Shown one piece after another: positions 53,698 to 64,000 of a stretch of 64,000 bases of DNA. Numbering within the stretch: the stretch's first letter is position 1; each line of letters begins with the position of its first letter. The stretch lies in NCBI RefSeq assembly GCF_009914755.1, contig NC_060927.1; one strand, 5' to 3'. The translations under genes were made by a program, and so were the position numbers. The DNA is from the human T2T-CHM13v2.0 reference genome, Homo sapiens. The notes below the pieces were generated by a model, which made no database searches, had not been told where the DNA came from, and worked only from the letters and a program-made list of their open reading frames with translations.

Positions 53698-55355
53698 GAC
53701 TTGATCATTGTGGATAACCTTTTTGATGTGTTGCTGGATTCCTTTTGCCAGCATTTTATTGAGGATTTTTGCATTGTTGTTCATCAGGGATATTGTCCTG
53801 AAGTTTTCTTTTTTTGTTGTGTCTCTTCCCAGCTTTCGTATCAGGATGACGCTGGCTTCATAAAATGAGTTAGGGACGAGTCCCTCCTTTCAATTGTTTG
53901 GAATAGTTTCAGAAGGAATGGTATTAGCTTCTCTTTGTATTTCTGGTAGAATTCAGCTGTGAATCTGTCTGGTCCTAGGATTTTTTTGATTGGTAGGCTA
54001 TTAATTACTGCCCCTATTTCAGAGCTTGTTTTGGTCTATTCAGGGATTCGACTTCTTCCTGGTTTAGTCTTGGTAGGGTGTATGCATCCATGAAGGTATC
54101 CATTTCTTCTAGATTTTCTAGTTTATTTGTGTAGAGGTGTTTATAGTATTCTCTGATGGTAGTTTGTATTTCTGTGGGGTCAGTGATGATATCCCCTTTA
54201 TCATTTTTTATTGTGCCTATTTGATTCTTCTCTCTCTTCTTCTTTATTAATCTAGCTAATGGTCTATTTGGTTGATTTTTTTCAAAAAACCAGCTCCTGG
54301 ATTCATTGATTTTTTGGAGGGTATTTCATGTCTCTGTCTTCTTCAATTCTTCTCTGATCTTAGTTATTTCTTGTCTTCTGCTAGCTTTTGGATTAGTTTG
54401 CTCTTGCCTCTCTAGCTCTTTTAATTGTGATGTTAGGGTGTCTATTTGAGATATTTCTAGCTTTCTGATGTGGGCATTTAGTGCTGTAAATTTGCCTCTT
54501 AACACTGCTTTAGCTGGGTCCCAGAGATCCTGGTACATTGTCTCTTTGTTCTCATTAGTTTCAAGGAAGTTCTTGATTTCTCCCTTAATTTCATTTTTTG
54601 CCCAGGAATCATTCAGGAGCAGATCATTCAATTTCCATGAAATTGTGTGGTTTTGAGTGAGTTTCTTAATCCTGATTTCTAATTTGATTGCACTGTGGTC
54701 TGAGAGACTGTCATGATTTCAGTTCTTTTGCTTTTGATAAGGAGTGTTTTACTTCCAACTATGCGGTCAATTTTAGAATAAGTGCCATGTGGCACTGAGA
54801 AGAATGTATATTCTGTTGATTTGGGGTGGAGAGTTCTGTAGACATCTACAAGGTCCACTTGATCCAGAGCTGATTTCAAGTCCTGAATATCCTTGTTAAT
54901 TTTCTGATAGTGGGGCATTAAAATATCCCACTATTATTGTGTGGGAGTCTAAGTCTCTTTGTAGGTCTCTAAGAACTTGTTTCATGAGTCTAGGTGCTCC
55001 TGTATTGGGCACGTATATATTTAGAATAGTTAGCTCTTGTTGAATTGTTCCCTTTACCATTATGTAATTATCTTCTTTGTATTTTTTTTATCTTTATTGG
55101 TTTAAAGTCTGTTTTGTCAGAGACTAGGATTGCAACCCCTGCTTTTTTTTGCTTTCCATTTGCTTGGTAAATTTTCCTCTATCCCTTTATTTTGAGCCTG
55201 AGTGTGTCTTTGCATGTAAGGTGGGTCTCCTGAATACAGCACACTGATGGGTCTTGACTTCTTATCCAATTTGCCAGTCTGTGTCTTTTAACTGGGGCAT
55301 TTAGCCCATTTACATTTAAGATTAATATTGTTATGTGTGAATTTGATCCTGTCAT
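53698..55355 (-). pseudogene. Disrupted, truncated L1 ORF2 (endonuclease to start of RT)
   Basis: Starts MTGSNSHITILILNVNGLNAP at 55355; fragments 54679-54918 and 54326-54631. Confidence 0.8.
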
Positions 55356-55418
55356 CATGATGTTAGCTGGTTATTTTGCACATTAGTTGATGCAGTTTCT
55401 TCAGAGTGTCACTGGTCT

Positions 55419-56431
55419 TTATATTTTGGTGTGTTTTTGCAGTGGCTGTTACCAGTTTTTTCCTTTCCATATTTAATGCATCTTCCAGGAGCTCTTGCAG
55501 GGCAGGCCAGGTGGTAATGAAATCCCTCAGCATTTGCTTGTCTGGAAGTGATTTTATTTCTCCTTTGCTTATGCAGCTTAGTTGGGCTGGATATGAAATT
55601 CTGGATTAAAAATTATTTTATTTAAGAATGTTGAATATTGGCCCCCAATCTCTTCTGGCTTGTAGGGTTTCTGCTGAGAGATCTGCCGTTAGTCTGATGG
55701 GCTTCCCTTTGTAGGTGACCTGGCCTTTCTCTCTGGCTGCCTTTAATAGTTTTTCCTTCATTTTGATCTTGGAGAATCTGATGATTATGTGTCTTGTGGT
55801 TGATCTTCTTATGGAGTATCTTAATGGTGTTCTCTGTATTTCCTGAATTTGAATGTTGTCCTGTCTTGCTAGTTGGGGAAGTTCTCCTGGATAATAGCCT
55901 GAAGTGTGTTTTCCAGTTTGTTTCCATTCTCCCTGTCTCCTTCTGGTATTCCAATCTACCTTAGGTTCTGTCTTTTTATGAAGTCCCATATTTCTTGGAG
56001 GCTTTGTTCATTCCCTTTCATTCTTTTTTCCTATTCTTGTCTGCATGTCTTATTTCAGGAAGGTGGGCTTCAGATGCTGATATCCTTTCATCTGCTTGGT
56101 TGATTTGGCTATTGATGATTGTGTATACATCACAAAGTTCTCACACCATATTTCAGCTCCATCAGGTGATTTATGTTCCTCTCTAAACTGGTTATTCTAG
56201 TTAGCAACTCTTCTAACCTTTTATCAAGGTTCTCAGCTTCTTTGCAATAGACTAGAACATGCTCCTTTAGCTCAGCATAGGTTTTTATTACCCATCTTCT
56301 GAAGCCTACTTCTGTCATTTCATTCATCTGATCCTCCATCCAGTTCTGTGCCTTTGATGGAGAGACGTTGTTATGATTTGGAGGAGATGGTCTTTTGGGT
56401 TTTTAGTATTTTTTCATGGATTCTTTTTCAT
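55419..56431 (-). pseudogene. Disrupted L1 ORF1
   Basis: ATG at 56431 and TAA at 55419-55421 at the expected positions; broken into several ORF pieces (56130-56339, 55618-55989). Confidence 0.8.
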
Positions 56432-57744
56432 CTTCGTGAGTTTGTCTAGTTTTGGTCTTTGAGGCTGCTGACCCTTGGATGGGGTTTTTGCAGGGGTCTT
56501 TTTTGTGTTGCTGTTGTTGTTGATGCTGTTGTTGTCACTTTCTGCTTGTTCAGTTTCTTTCAATAGTCAGGTCCCTCTTCTGTAGGGCTGCTGCATTTTG
56601 CTGGGGTTTCACTTCAGGCACTTTTCATTTGATTCACTCCTGTGCCTGGAGATGTCATTCAAGGAGGCTGGAGAACAGCAAAGATGGGTTCCTGCTCCTT
56701 CTTCTGGGATCTTTGGCCTTGAGGGGTACCAACCTGATGCCAGAGGAATTGCTCCTGTCTAGGGTGTCTGACAACCCCTGTTAGAGGGTCTCACTCAGCT
56801 GGGTGGCATGGGGAGCAGGACCTGTTTAACAAAGCACTTTGTCCCTTGGTGGAGAGGGTGTGTTTTGCTGGAGGGAAACCCACTCGTTGGGCCACCTGGA
56901 TTCCTCAGAACTACCAAGAGGAGAGGCTAAGTCAGCTGGTCTGCAGAGACTTTGGCCACCCCTCCCCCTAGGGGCTCAGGCCCAGGGAGATCCGAATTCT
57001 GTCTCTGAGCCTCTGGCTGGAGTTATTGGAGTTCCTGCAGGGAAGTTCCACCCAATGAGGAGGGATGGGTCAGGGTTAAGCCTGAAGAGGCACTCTGGCT
57101 GCTGATTGCCAATAGTGGGTGTGTTCAGCTGTGGGGACAAGCCTTGGGACCAAATTGTCTAGCCTCCCTGGCTCCAGCAAGGGAAAAGCGCAGCCTGGAG
57201 CTATAGAAATGGGTGCCGCCCTTGCCTCGCCCTGGAGCTTAGTGTGTTAAGCAGTTGGGATTCCCAGTGCTGGCTGCTGCCCCTCCGCCAAGGAGCTCAA
57301 ATGGCTTAGCAGGCAGCTGCAGCTGGTGCTGGTCGCCCCTCCCACCGGGAATTGGTAGGCTTAAGTAGATTCCAGCTGAGAGTCTTTAAGAATCTGTGCA
57401 TTCTGGGGTTGGGACGCTAGGCCCAGGTGGCGTGGGTCTGCAAGTGGGATCTTCCCACCCTTGAGTTGCACAGTTCCATGGGAAAAGCAGTTTCCCTGGC
57501 TGGGTAGTGCACTAACTCACCACCCACCTTGGCTTGGGGGAGGAGGTTCCCCTTTCCCGGTGTGGCTCTCAGGTGGGCCCCACACCACACTGTTCTTCCG
57601 AATTCTCTCCATGGGTCAAGCCAGCCTTCTAGTCAATTTTGATGAGAGAAGCTGGATACCTTGGTTACTGGTGATGATTTTTTTTTTTTGATGGGAGCCT
57701 CCGAACACCACTGCTATAGTTGGCCATTGTGGCCCCTTTCCCCC

Positions 57745-60700
57745 GTGTTTACATTTTCATTTGTCTCAAGATATATTAAAATTTTCTAATTTCTTTATTC
57801 ACCCATTGGATGTTCAGGAGCATGTTGTTTAGTTTCCATGTATTTATAATTTTTCTGAAAAAGTTCTGTTATTGATTTCTAGTTTTATACGATTGTGGTC
57901 AGAAAAGATACTTGATATGATTTCAATCTTAAATTTGCTAAGGATTGTCTTGTGGTCTAACATATGATCTCTCCTAGAGAATGTTCTGTGTGCATTTGAA
58001 AAGACTCTATCCCTTCAGATCCTTGAATATTCGCTTTACATATTTAGGTGCTCCACTGTTGGGTGTATATATATTTACGATTGTAATATCTTCTTGATAA
58101 ATAAGTCCTTTATTATTACAAAATGTCTTTTTTTGGTCTACTTTTACAGTTTTTGACCTAAAGTGTATTTTGTCTGATATAAGAATTGCTACTCACACTC
58201 ACTTGCAGTTTCTATTTGCATGGAATATCTTTTTCCATCCCTTCACTTTCAGCCTATGTGCATCCTTAAAAATGAAGTTTCTTGTAAACAGCATATAGCT
58301 GGCTTTTCTTTTTTTTTAATTCATGCATTCACATGATATCTTTTGATTAGAATATTTAATCCATTTCCATTCAAGGTAATTATAGATATGTGGAAACTTT
58401 CTGCTGCCATTTTGTTAATTATTTTCTGATTGTTTTGTCCCCTTTTCCTCTCTTGCCATCTTCCTTTAAGACTTAATAATTTTCTATTTCCTATGGTGAT
58501 ATGTTTTGAATCTTTAATTTTTGCTTTGGTTATCATGAGAATTTTATAGAATATCTTACATTTATAACAGTCTATTTCAAACTGAAAACAGCTTAATTTT
58601 GATTGCTTACAATTCTTCTACACTTTTATTCCCCCCCTCAATTTTATGTTTTCAATGCCTAAATTTACATTCTTTTGTAATGTGTGTCCCTTGACTATTT
58701 TAGCTATAGTCATTATTAATAATTTCTTTAATCCTTGTTCTAGAGATAAAATTACTTTATATACCACCATTATGGTCCTGAGTATTCTACATATTGTCTG
58801 TATTACTTATACTATTAGGTTTTGTGCATTTGTAAGTTTTATGTTATTAATTAGGAGCCTTTTGTTTCAGTTTAAAGACCTCCCTTTAACAATATCTATA
58901 AGACAGGCTTGTTGGTGAAGAACTTCCTAGCTTTTGTTTGCCTGGAAAAGTTTTTATTACTCCCTTATTTCTGAAAGACATTTTTGCTGGGTAAAGTATT
59001 CTTGTTTGGCAGTTTTTTCCCTTTAATATTTAAAATACATCGTCTTATTTTTAAATAGTCTGCAGGGTTTTTGCTGAGAAGACTGCTGATAGTCATATTG
59101 GGACTTTTTTGTATGCAATGTATTTCTTTTATCTTTTGTTGCTTTCAGAATTTTCCTTTTGTCTTTGATTTTTGCCAGTTTGATTATTATATATCTTGAT
59201 AAATTCCTCTTTTGGTGTAATTTAATTTGTGACATCTGTACTTAGTGTACCTGAATTTTGGCTTTTTTTCCCTGATATTAGGAAGTTTTTATCCATTATT
59301 TCCTTAAATATGCTTTCTGGCCCTTTCTCTTTTTCTTCTCCTGGAATGCTATTAAGCATAGATTAGGTCTCTTGATGGTTCCCATAATTCCTATGGGCTA
59401 TCTTCATTCTCTTCCATCTGTTTTTCATTTTGCTTCTTGATTGCATAATTTCAAATGATTCATCTTTGAATTTACTGACTCTTTAGCTTGATCAAGCTGG
59501 CCATTTAAGCTTTCTATTACATTTTTTTTTCCAATTCAGTCATTGTATTCTTCATCTCTAGGATTTCTATTTGTTTTTTTAAAAAATTAGTTCTATTTTT
59601 TTTGTCACAGCTCATGTGAAAAGAAATATGGAAACAATTATTTTCCAAATAATTTAATTTTTTATCTTTATATTCCTGAAGCTCACTAAACTTTATTAAA
59701 AAGGATTATTCTGAATCCTTTTCCTGTCATTTTTAAACTTCCTTTTTATAGTGGTCCATTGTTGTAGCTTTGTTAGTTTTTTCTGGAGATGTCATGATAT
59801 CCAAAGTCTTTGAATTCCCTGTGTTTTTGCATTGGAGTTTATGCATTTACAGAAAAGGTCACTTTTTTCAGCTTTTACAGGAGTTCTTGGCAGGTAAAAA
59901 CCTTCACTAATTAGTCTAGATAATGATTCTAAATAGGCCAGTGGGTCATAACCCTGGAAAGCACAGCTTCCTTTCAGATCCTCTAGATGGCTAGGCTGCT
60001 GCCTTTGCTATGAAGTCAGGTGAGGCACCTGGCTAGTCTCTGCTATTTGGCAAGACCACAGGCTGAACTCTGCTATCAGGCTGGGCTGCTATATAGGCAC
60101 TGCATCTACTTCTGATTTGGGTGAGCCACAGGCCATATTCCTTGGCTAGAGGTACTGATATTTGAGTTCAGCAGTTGGACAGGGTTGCAGGAGAGGCTCC
60201 AGGGTTAAGTGAATCAGAATGGATGAACCAACTACTATGCTCAGTAAAAATCCAAGACTCAGATTTGCCTCCTTCCCTGTGTAGGCTCTGGGGGAGCACA
60301 TTAAACTTCTGGGCATGGGAAAACAGTGCCTATTTGCCCAACTGCAGTGGTTCAGACAACTGCAGTGGTTGTCTTCCTTCTTAGGTGGGGTCTGGTGGTA
60401 GACTTTGAGGCTGTGGGGAACACTGATTAAGCTCTTAGATATGGCAGATCTAATACCTTTTTGTTGTGGAAATTTGCTTGTGGTAGATCTCCGTCCCTGG
60501 CCAGAACCCTGGGGTAGGGTCTGAGGCTGGGCCTGGAGGTTAACCATCTAGGGATTCAAGCCAGATAGCACTTCCAACCACTTCTGAGAGTGACCAACTC
60601 AGCTCTGCAGGTAGGCTATGCTATTAGCTAGTACCCCTGATTGAATACCACTGCTTGATATATTGAGCTTACATCAAAATCTGCATGCTGGTCTCTGTGA

Positions 60701-61147
60701 GCAATACCTCTTTGCTTTGTTTCTATCTGACCCTAGGTGGTCTAGCTGTGCAGTTTCCTCCTATATTTTCTGTTCCCCATGAGGAAAAATGAAATGGGTT
60801 TCCTGGGAAGCATCTCAGTATGTTAAAGAAGCTGGATGTCTACCACCCAGGTTCTCTTTCCCCACTGTAGAAACCATGAGCCCTGGAGGATCCTCTCTGT
60901 GTGGGACTGTGCCAACTTGGGGGAGGGAGAGGGGTGACATGGTCAAAGTGAGACCATTTCTCCTACTTTTTAATGCAAATTTTTATTCAGTTTCATAAGT
61001 CATGCAGGTGATTCTGGCTTATTCCCACATGTTTGGGTTTTCATCAAGGTGTTTTTGTCTGTGGGTAATTGCTAGTTAGTATTTCTGTGGGGAGAGTGAA
61101 GCCTGCAACATATTATTCCACCATATTGCCAATGTCACTCTCTCCCC
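57745..61147 (-). mobile_element. L1M (L1M2/M3, L1MA-MB class): 5' UTR, ORF1 and ORF2-EN remnant
   Basis: ORF1p-like RYIIIKLAKIKDKRKILKA (59023-59235); ORF2 start SIITLNGNGLN..IKR (58321-58536); 5' terminus ggggagagagtgacattggcaatatggtggaata on minus. Confidence 0.85.
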
Positions 61148-61149
61148 AG

Positions 61150-62290
61150 TTCTAAATGTTTATGCAACTCATGACAGAACTTCAAAATACATGAGGCAAA
61201 AGTGGATGGAATTAAATGGAGAAATAGACAAATTCAAAATTTGACTTTTGTATTTTAATAGTCCTCTCTTAGTAACTGCTGGAACAAGTATACAAAAATA
61301 ATCAATGAAGATACAGAGATTTAAACATAACTAATAAAATGAACATAACTAATATTTATAAGAAATTACACTAAACTCCTGCTGAATACACATTATTTTC
61401 AAGCAAATGTAGAACATTCATAAGATAAAAACATGTGCTATTTTATGTTTATAAAACGAGATAGGTCATAAACCAAGTCATAAATTTAAAAGTATCTTTT
61501 TTTCACCACAGTGGAGTGAAATTAGGAATTGATTAAAAAATCCTCAAAAATTTACAAACATTTCTAAATTAAGAAACACACATCTAAATAGCCTATTTAT
61601 CAAAGAAGAAATCAAGAGTAATGTAAAATTTTTAAAGTAAATTATAGTAAACCAACAACATATTGAAATTGATAGGATGCCATTAAAATAATGTTCAGTG
61701 GGAGTTTTACTGTTTTAACCTAATCAGAAAACGGCAACGAGATACAATCAATCCTGTAAGTTTTACCTTAAGAAACTAGACAAAGAAGAAAAAATTAAAC
61801 ACAGTAAGCTGAAGAAAGAAAATAAAGATAAAATAAAAAAATCAATGAAGTGGTAAATAGACAAACAATAGAAAAAAAATCAGTGGAACAAAAAATTGGT
61901 TCTTGGAAAAGATCAATAAAATTGAAAAACCGCTGGCTAGACTGTTTAAAGAAAAAAGAAATAACACACAAATTGCAATTGTCCAGAATTAAATATGAGG
62001 CAAATCTGCAAATCTTATTGACATTGAAAGGATAACAATAGGATATTATAAATAATTTTTGAATAATAACTATAATAACTTAGATAAAATAAAAATATCT
62101 TAGAATATATTACTTACCAATACTGGTACAAGAAAAAAATCAGGAAACCTGAGTAGATCTATACATATCAAAGAGATTTAATCTATATTTAATAACATTC
62201 CCACGAAAAACTCCATTTTCAGATAGCTTCACTTGTGAATTCTATCAAATGTAAGAAAATGTAATGACTACCTTAACTAACTCAAAACAC
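61150..62290 (+). mobile_element. Old L1M ORF2 fragment (probable continuation of the 52452 element)
   Basis: agaacttcaaaatacatgaggcaaaa...ggagaaatagacaaattc; ggttcttggaaaagatcaataaaattga; gatagcttcacttgtgaattctatcaaa. Confidence 0.8.
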
Positions 62291-62299
62291 AAAGCAGTC

Positions 62300-64000
62300 A
62301 GATCTGGCAAGATGGCTAAATAGGAAAAGCTCTGGTCTGCAGCTCCTAGCGAGACCAATGCAGAAGGTGGTTGATTTCTGCATTTCCAACTAAGGTACCC
62401 GGCTCATCTCATTGGGACTGGTTAGATAGTGGGTGCAGCCCACAGAGGGCGAGCAGAAGCAGGGTGGGGCATCACCACACCCAGGAAGTGCAAGAAGTGG
62501 GGGCCTCCCTTTCCCAGCCAAGGGAAGCCATGAGGGACTATGCTATCCAGCCCAGATACTACGCTTTTCCCATGGTTTTTGCAACCCACAGACCAGGAGA
62601 TTCTCTTGTGTACCTACACCACCAGGGCTCTGGGTTTCAAGCACAAATCTGGGCAGCTGCTTGGACAAACATCAAGCTAGCTGCAGGATTTTTTTTTCCC
62701 CCCCGGTGACTCCTGGAACCCCAGCAAGACAGAACTGTTCACTCCCCTGGAAAGGGGGCTGAAGCTGGAAAGCCAAATGGTCTTGCTCAGCAGGTCCCAC
62801 TCCCATGGAGCCCTGCAAGCTAAGAACCACTGGCTTGAAATTCTTGCTGCCAGCACAGCAGTCTGAAGTTGACCTGGGATGATCGAGCTAGTTAGGGTAG
62901 GTGCATCCACCATTACTGAGTCTTGAGTAGGCAGTTTTCCCCTGACTGCTAAAAAGGCCTGGAAGTTCAGACTGCGTGGAACCCAACACAGTGTGGCAAA
63001 GCAACTGTGGCCAGAGTGCCTCTCTAGATTCCTCTTCACTGGGCAGGGCATCTCTGAAAGAAAGGCAGCAGCCCCAGTCAGGGGCTTATAAATAAAACTC
63101 CCATCTCCCTGGGACAGAGCCCTGAGGAAAGGGGCAGCTGTGGGATCAGCTTCAGCACACTTAAACTTTCCTGCCTGCCGGCTTTGAAGAGAGCAGTGTA
63201 TCCTGACAAAGAGGGTTCTCCCAGCACAGCGCTCAAGCTCTGCTAAGGGACAGACTGCCTCCTCAAATGGGTTCCTGACCCCCATGCCTCCTGACTGGGA
63301 GAGATGTCCCAACAGGGGTTGACAGACACCTCATATAGGAGAGCTCCAGCTGGAATTAGGCTGGTGCCCCTCTGGGATGAAGCTTCCAGAGGAAGGAGCA
63401 GGCAGCAATCTTTGCTGTTCTGCAGCCTCCGCTGGTGATACTCAGACAAATAGGGTCTGGAGTGGACCTCCAGCAAATTCCAGCAGACCTGCAGAAGAGG
63501 AGCCTGACTGTTAGAAGAAAAACTAACAAACAGAAAGCAATAACATCAACATCAACAAACCAAGGACCCCCCTCCAAGAAACCCCATCCAAAGATCATCA
63601 GCCTCAAAAATCAAAGGTAGATAAATCCAAAAAGATGAGGAAAAACCAGTGCAAAAATGCTGAAAATTCCAAAAACCAAAATGCCTCTTCTCCAAATGAC
63701 TGCAACTCCTCTCCCGCAAGGGCACAAAACTGGACAGAGAATGAGTTTGATGAATTGACAGAAGTAGGCTTCAGCAGGTGGGTAATAACAAACTCCTCTG
63801 AGGTAAAGGAGCATGTTCTAACCCAATGGAAGGAAGCTAAAACCTTGACAAAGAGTACAGGAACTGCTAACTAGAATAACCAGTTTAGAGAAGAACATAA
63901 ATGACCTGATGGAGCTGAAAAACATAGCACAAGAACTTCGTGTAGCATACACAAGTATCATAGCCAAATCAATCAAGTGGAAGAAAGGATATCAGAGACT
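62300..64000 (+). mobile_element. L1PA7/8-like element: 5' UTR and start of ORF1, running off the window end
   Basis: ggcaagatggctaaatagg..gctctggtctgcagctcc...tttctgcatttccaactaaggtacc; YY1 motif CAAGATGGC 62308-62316; ORF1 ATG at 63635. Confidence 0.95.
63635..64000 (+). pseudogene. L1 ORF1, frameshifted
   Basis: MRKNQCKNAENSKNQNASS...ENEFDELTEVGFSRWVITN matches ORF1p; frame lost near 63840 (gctaaaaccttg), stop at 63874. Confidence 0.85.

Larger units (their letters stand above)
53698..57744 (-). mobile_element. Primate L1 (L1P3 / L1PA8-13 class): 5' UTR, ORF1 and 5' part of ORF2; 3' part missing
   Basis: ORF track fragments match ORF1p (IQEIQRTPLRYS...RHIIIRFSK...KGKPIRLTADLSAETLQARRDWGPIFNILK) and ORF2p (YRTLHPKSTEYTFFSVPHGTYSKID; LLLNDSW...[15 protein letters not shown]); G-rich 5' terminus at 57744. 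Confidence 0.95.

Noticed and set aside
53698-64000. Possibly active L1 retrotransposon
   Set aside because: All ORF1/ORF2 copies have frameshifts, stops or truncations and belong to old subfamilies

Overview
Primate (human-like) nuclear DNA, AT-rich and dominated by interspersed repeats: Alu, MIR, L2, L1M/L1P, MaLR LTRs, one ERV9/LTR12 solo LTR and hAT/Tigger DNA-transposon fossils. I see no recognisable protein-coding gene, RNA gene or CRISPR array. The ORFs I could assign fall in repeats, and the rest match nothing I recognise. The window looks intronic or intergenic, and I cannot name the locus. The most notable items are: (i) an apparently intact minus-strand LTR12 promoter/enhancer (4701-6334, ATAC target-site duplication, TSD) with a strong G-quadruplex tract; (ii) a well-defined candidate non-coding + strand exon (6666-6812) about 330 bp outside that LTR; (iii) a tail-to-tail inverted Alu pair (22311-22906); (iv) several non-repeat, motif-rich candidate enhancers; (v) a nested and rearranged L1 cluster at 52450-64000. 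I found no convincing evidence of a novel biological system. Repeat subfamilies were assigned from remembered consensus sequences, and boundaries of old repeats are approximate.
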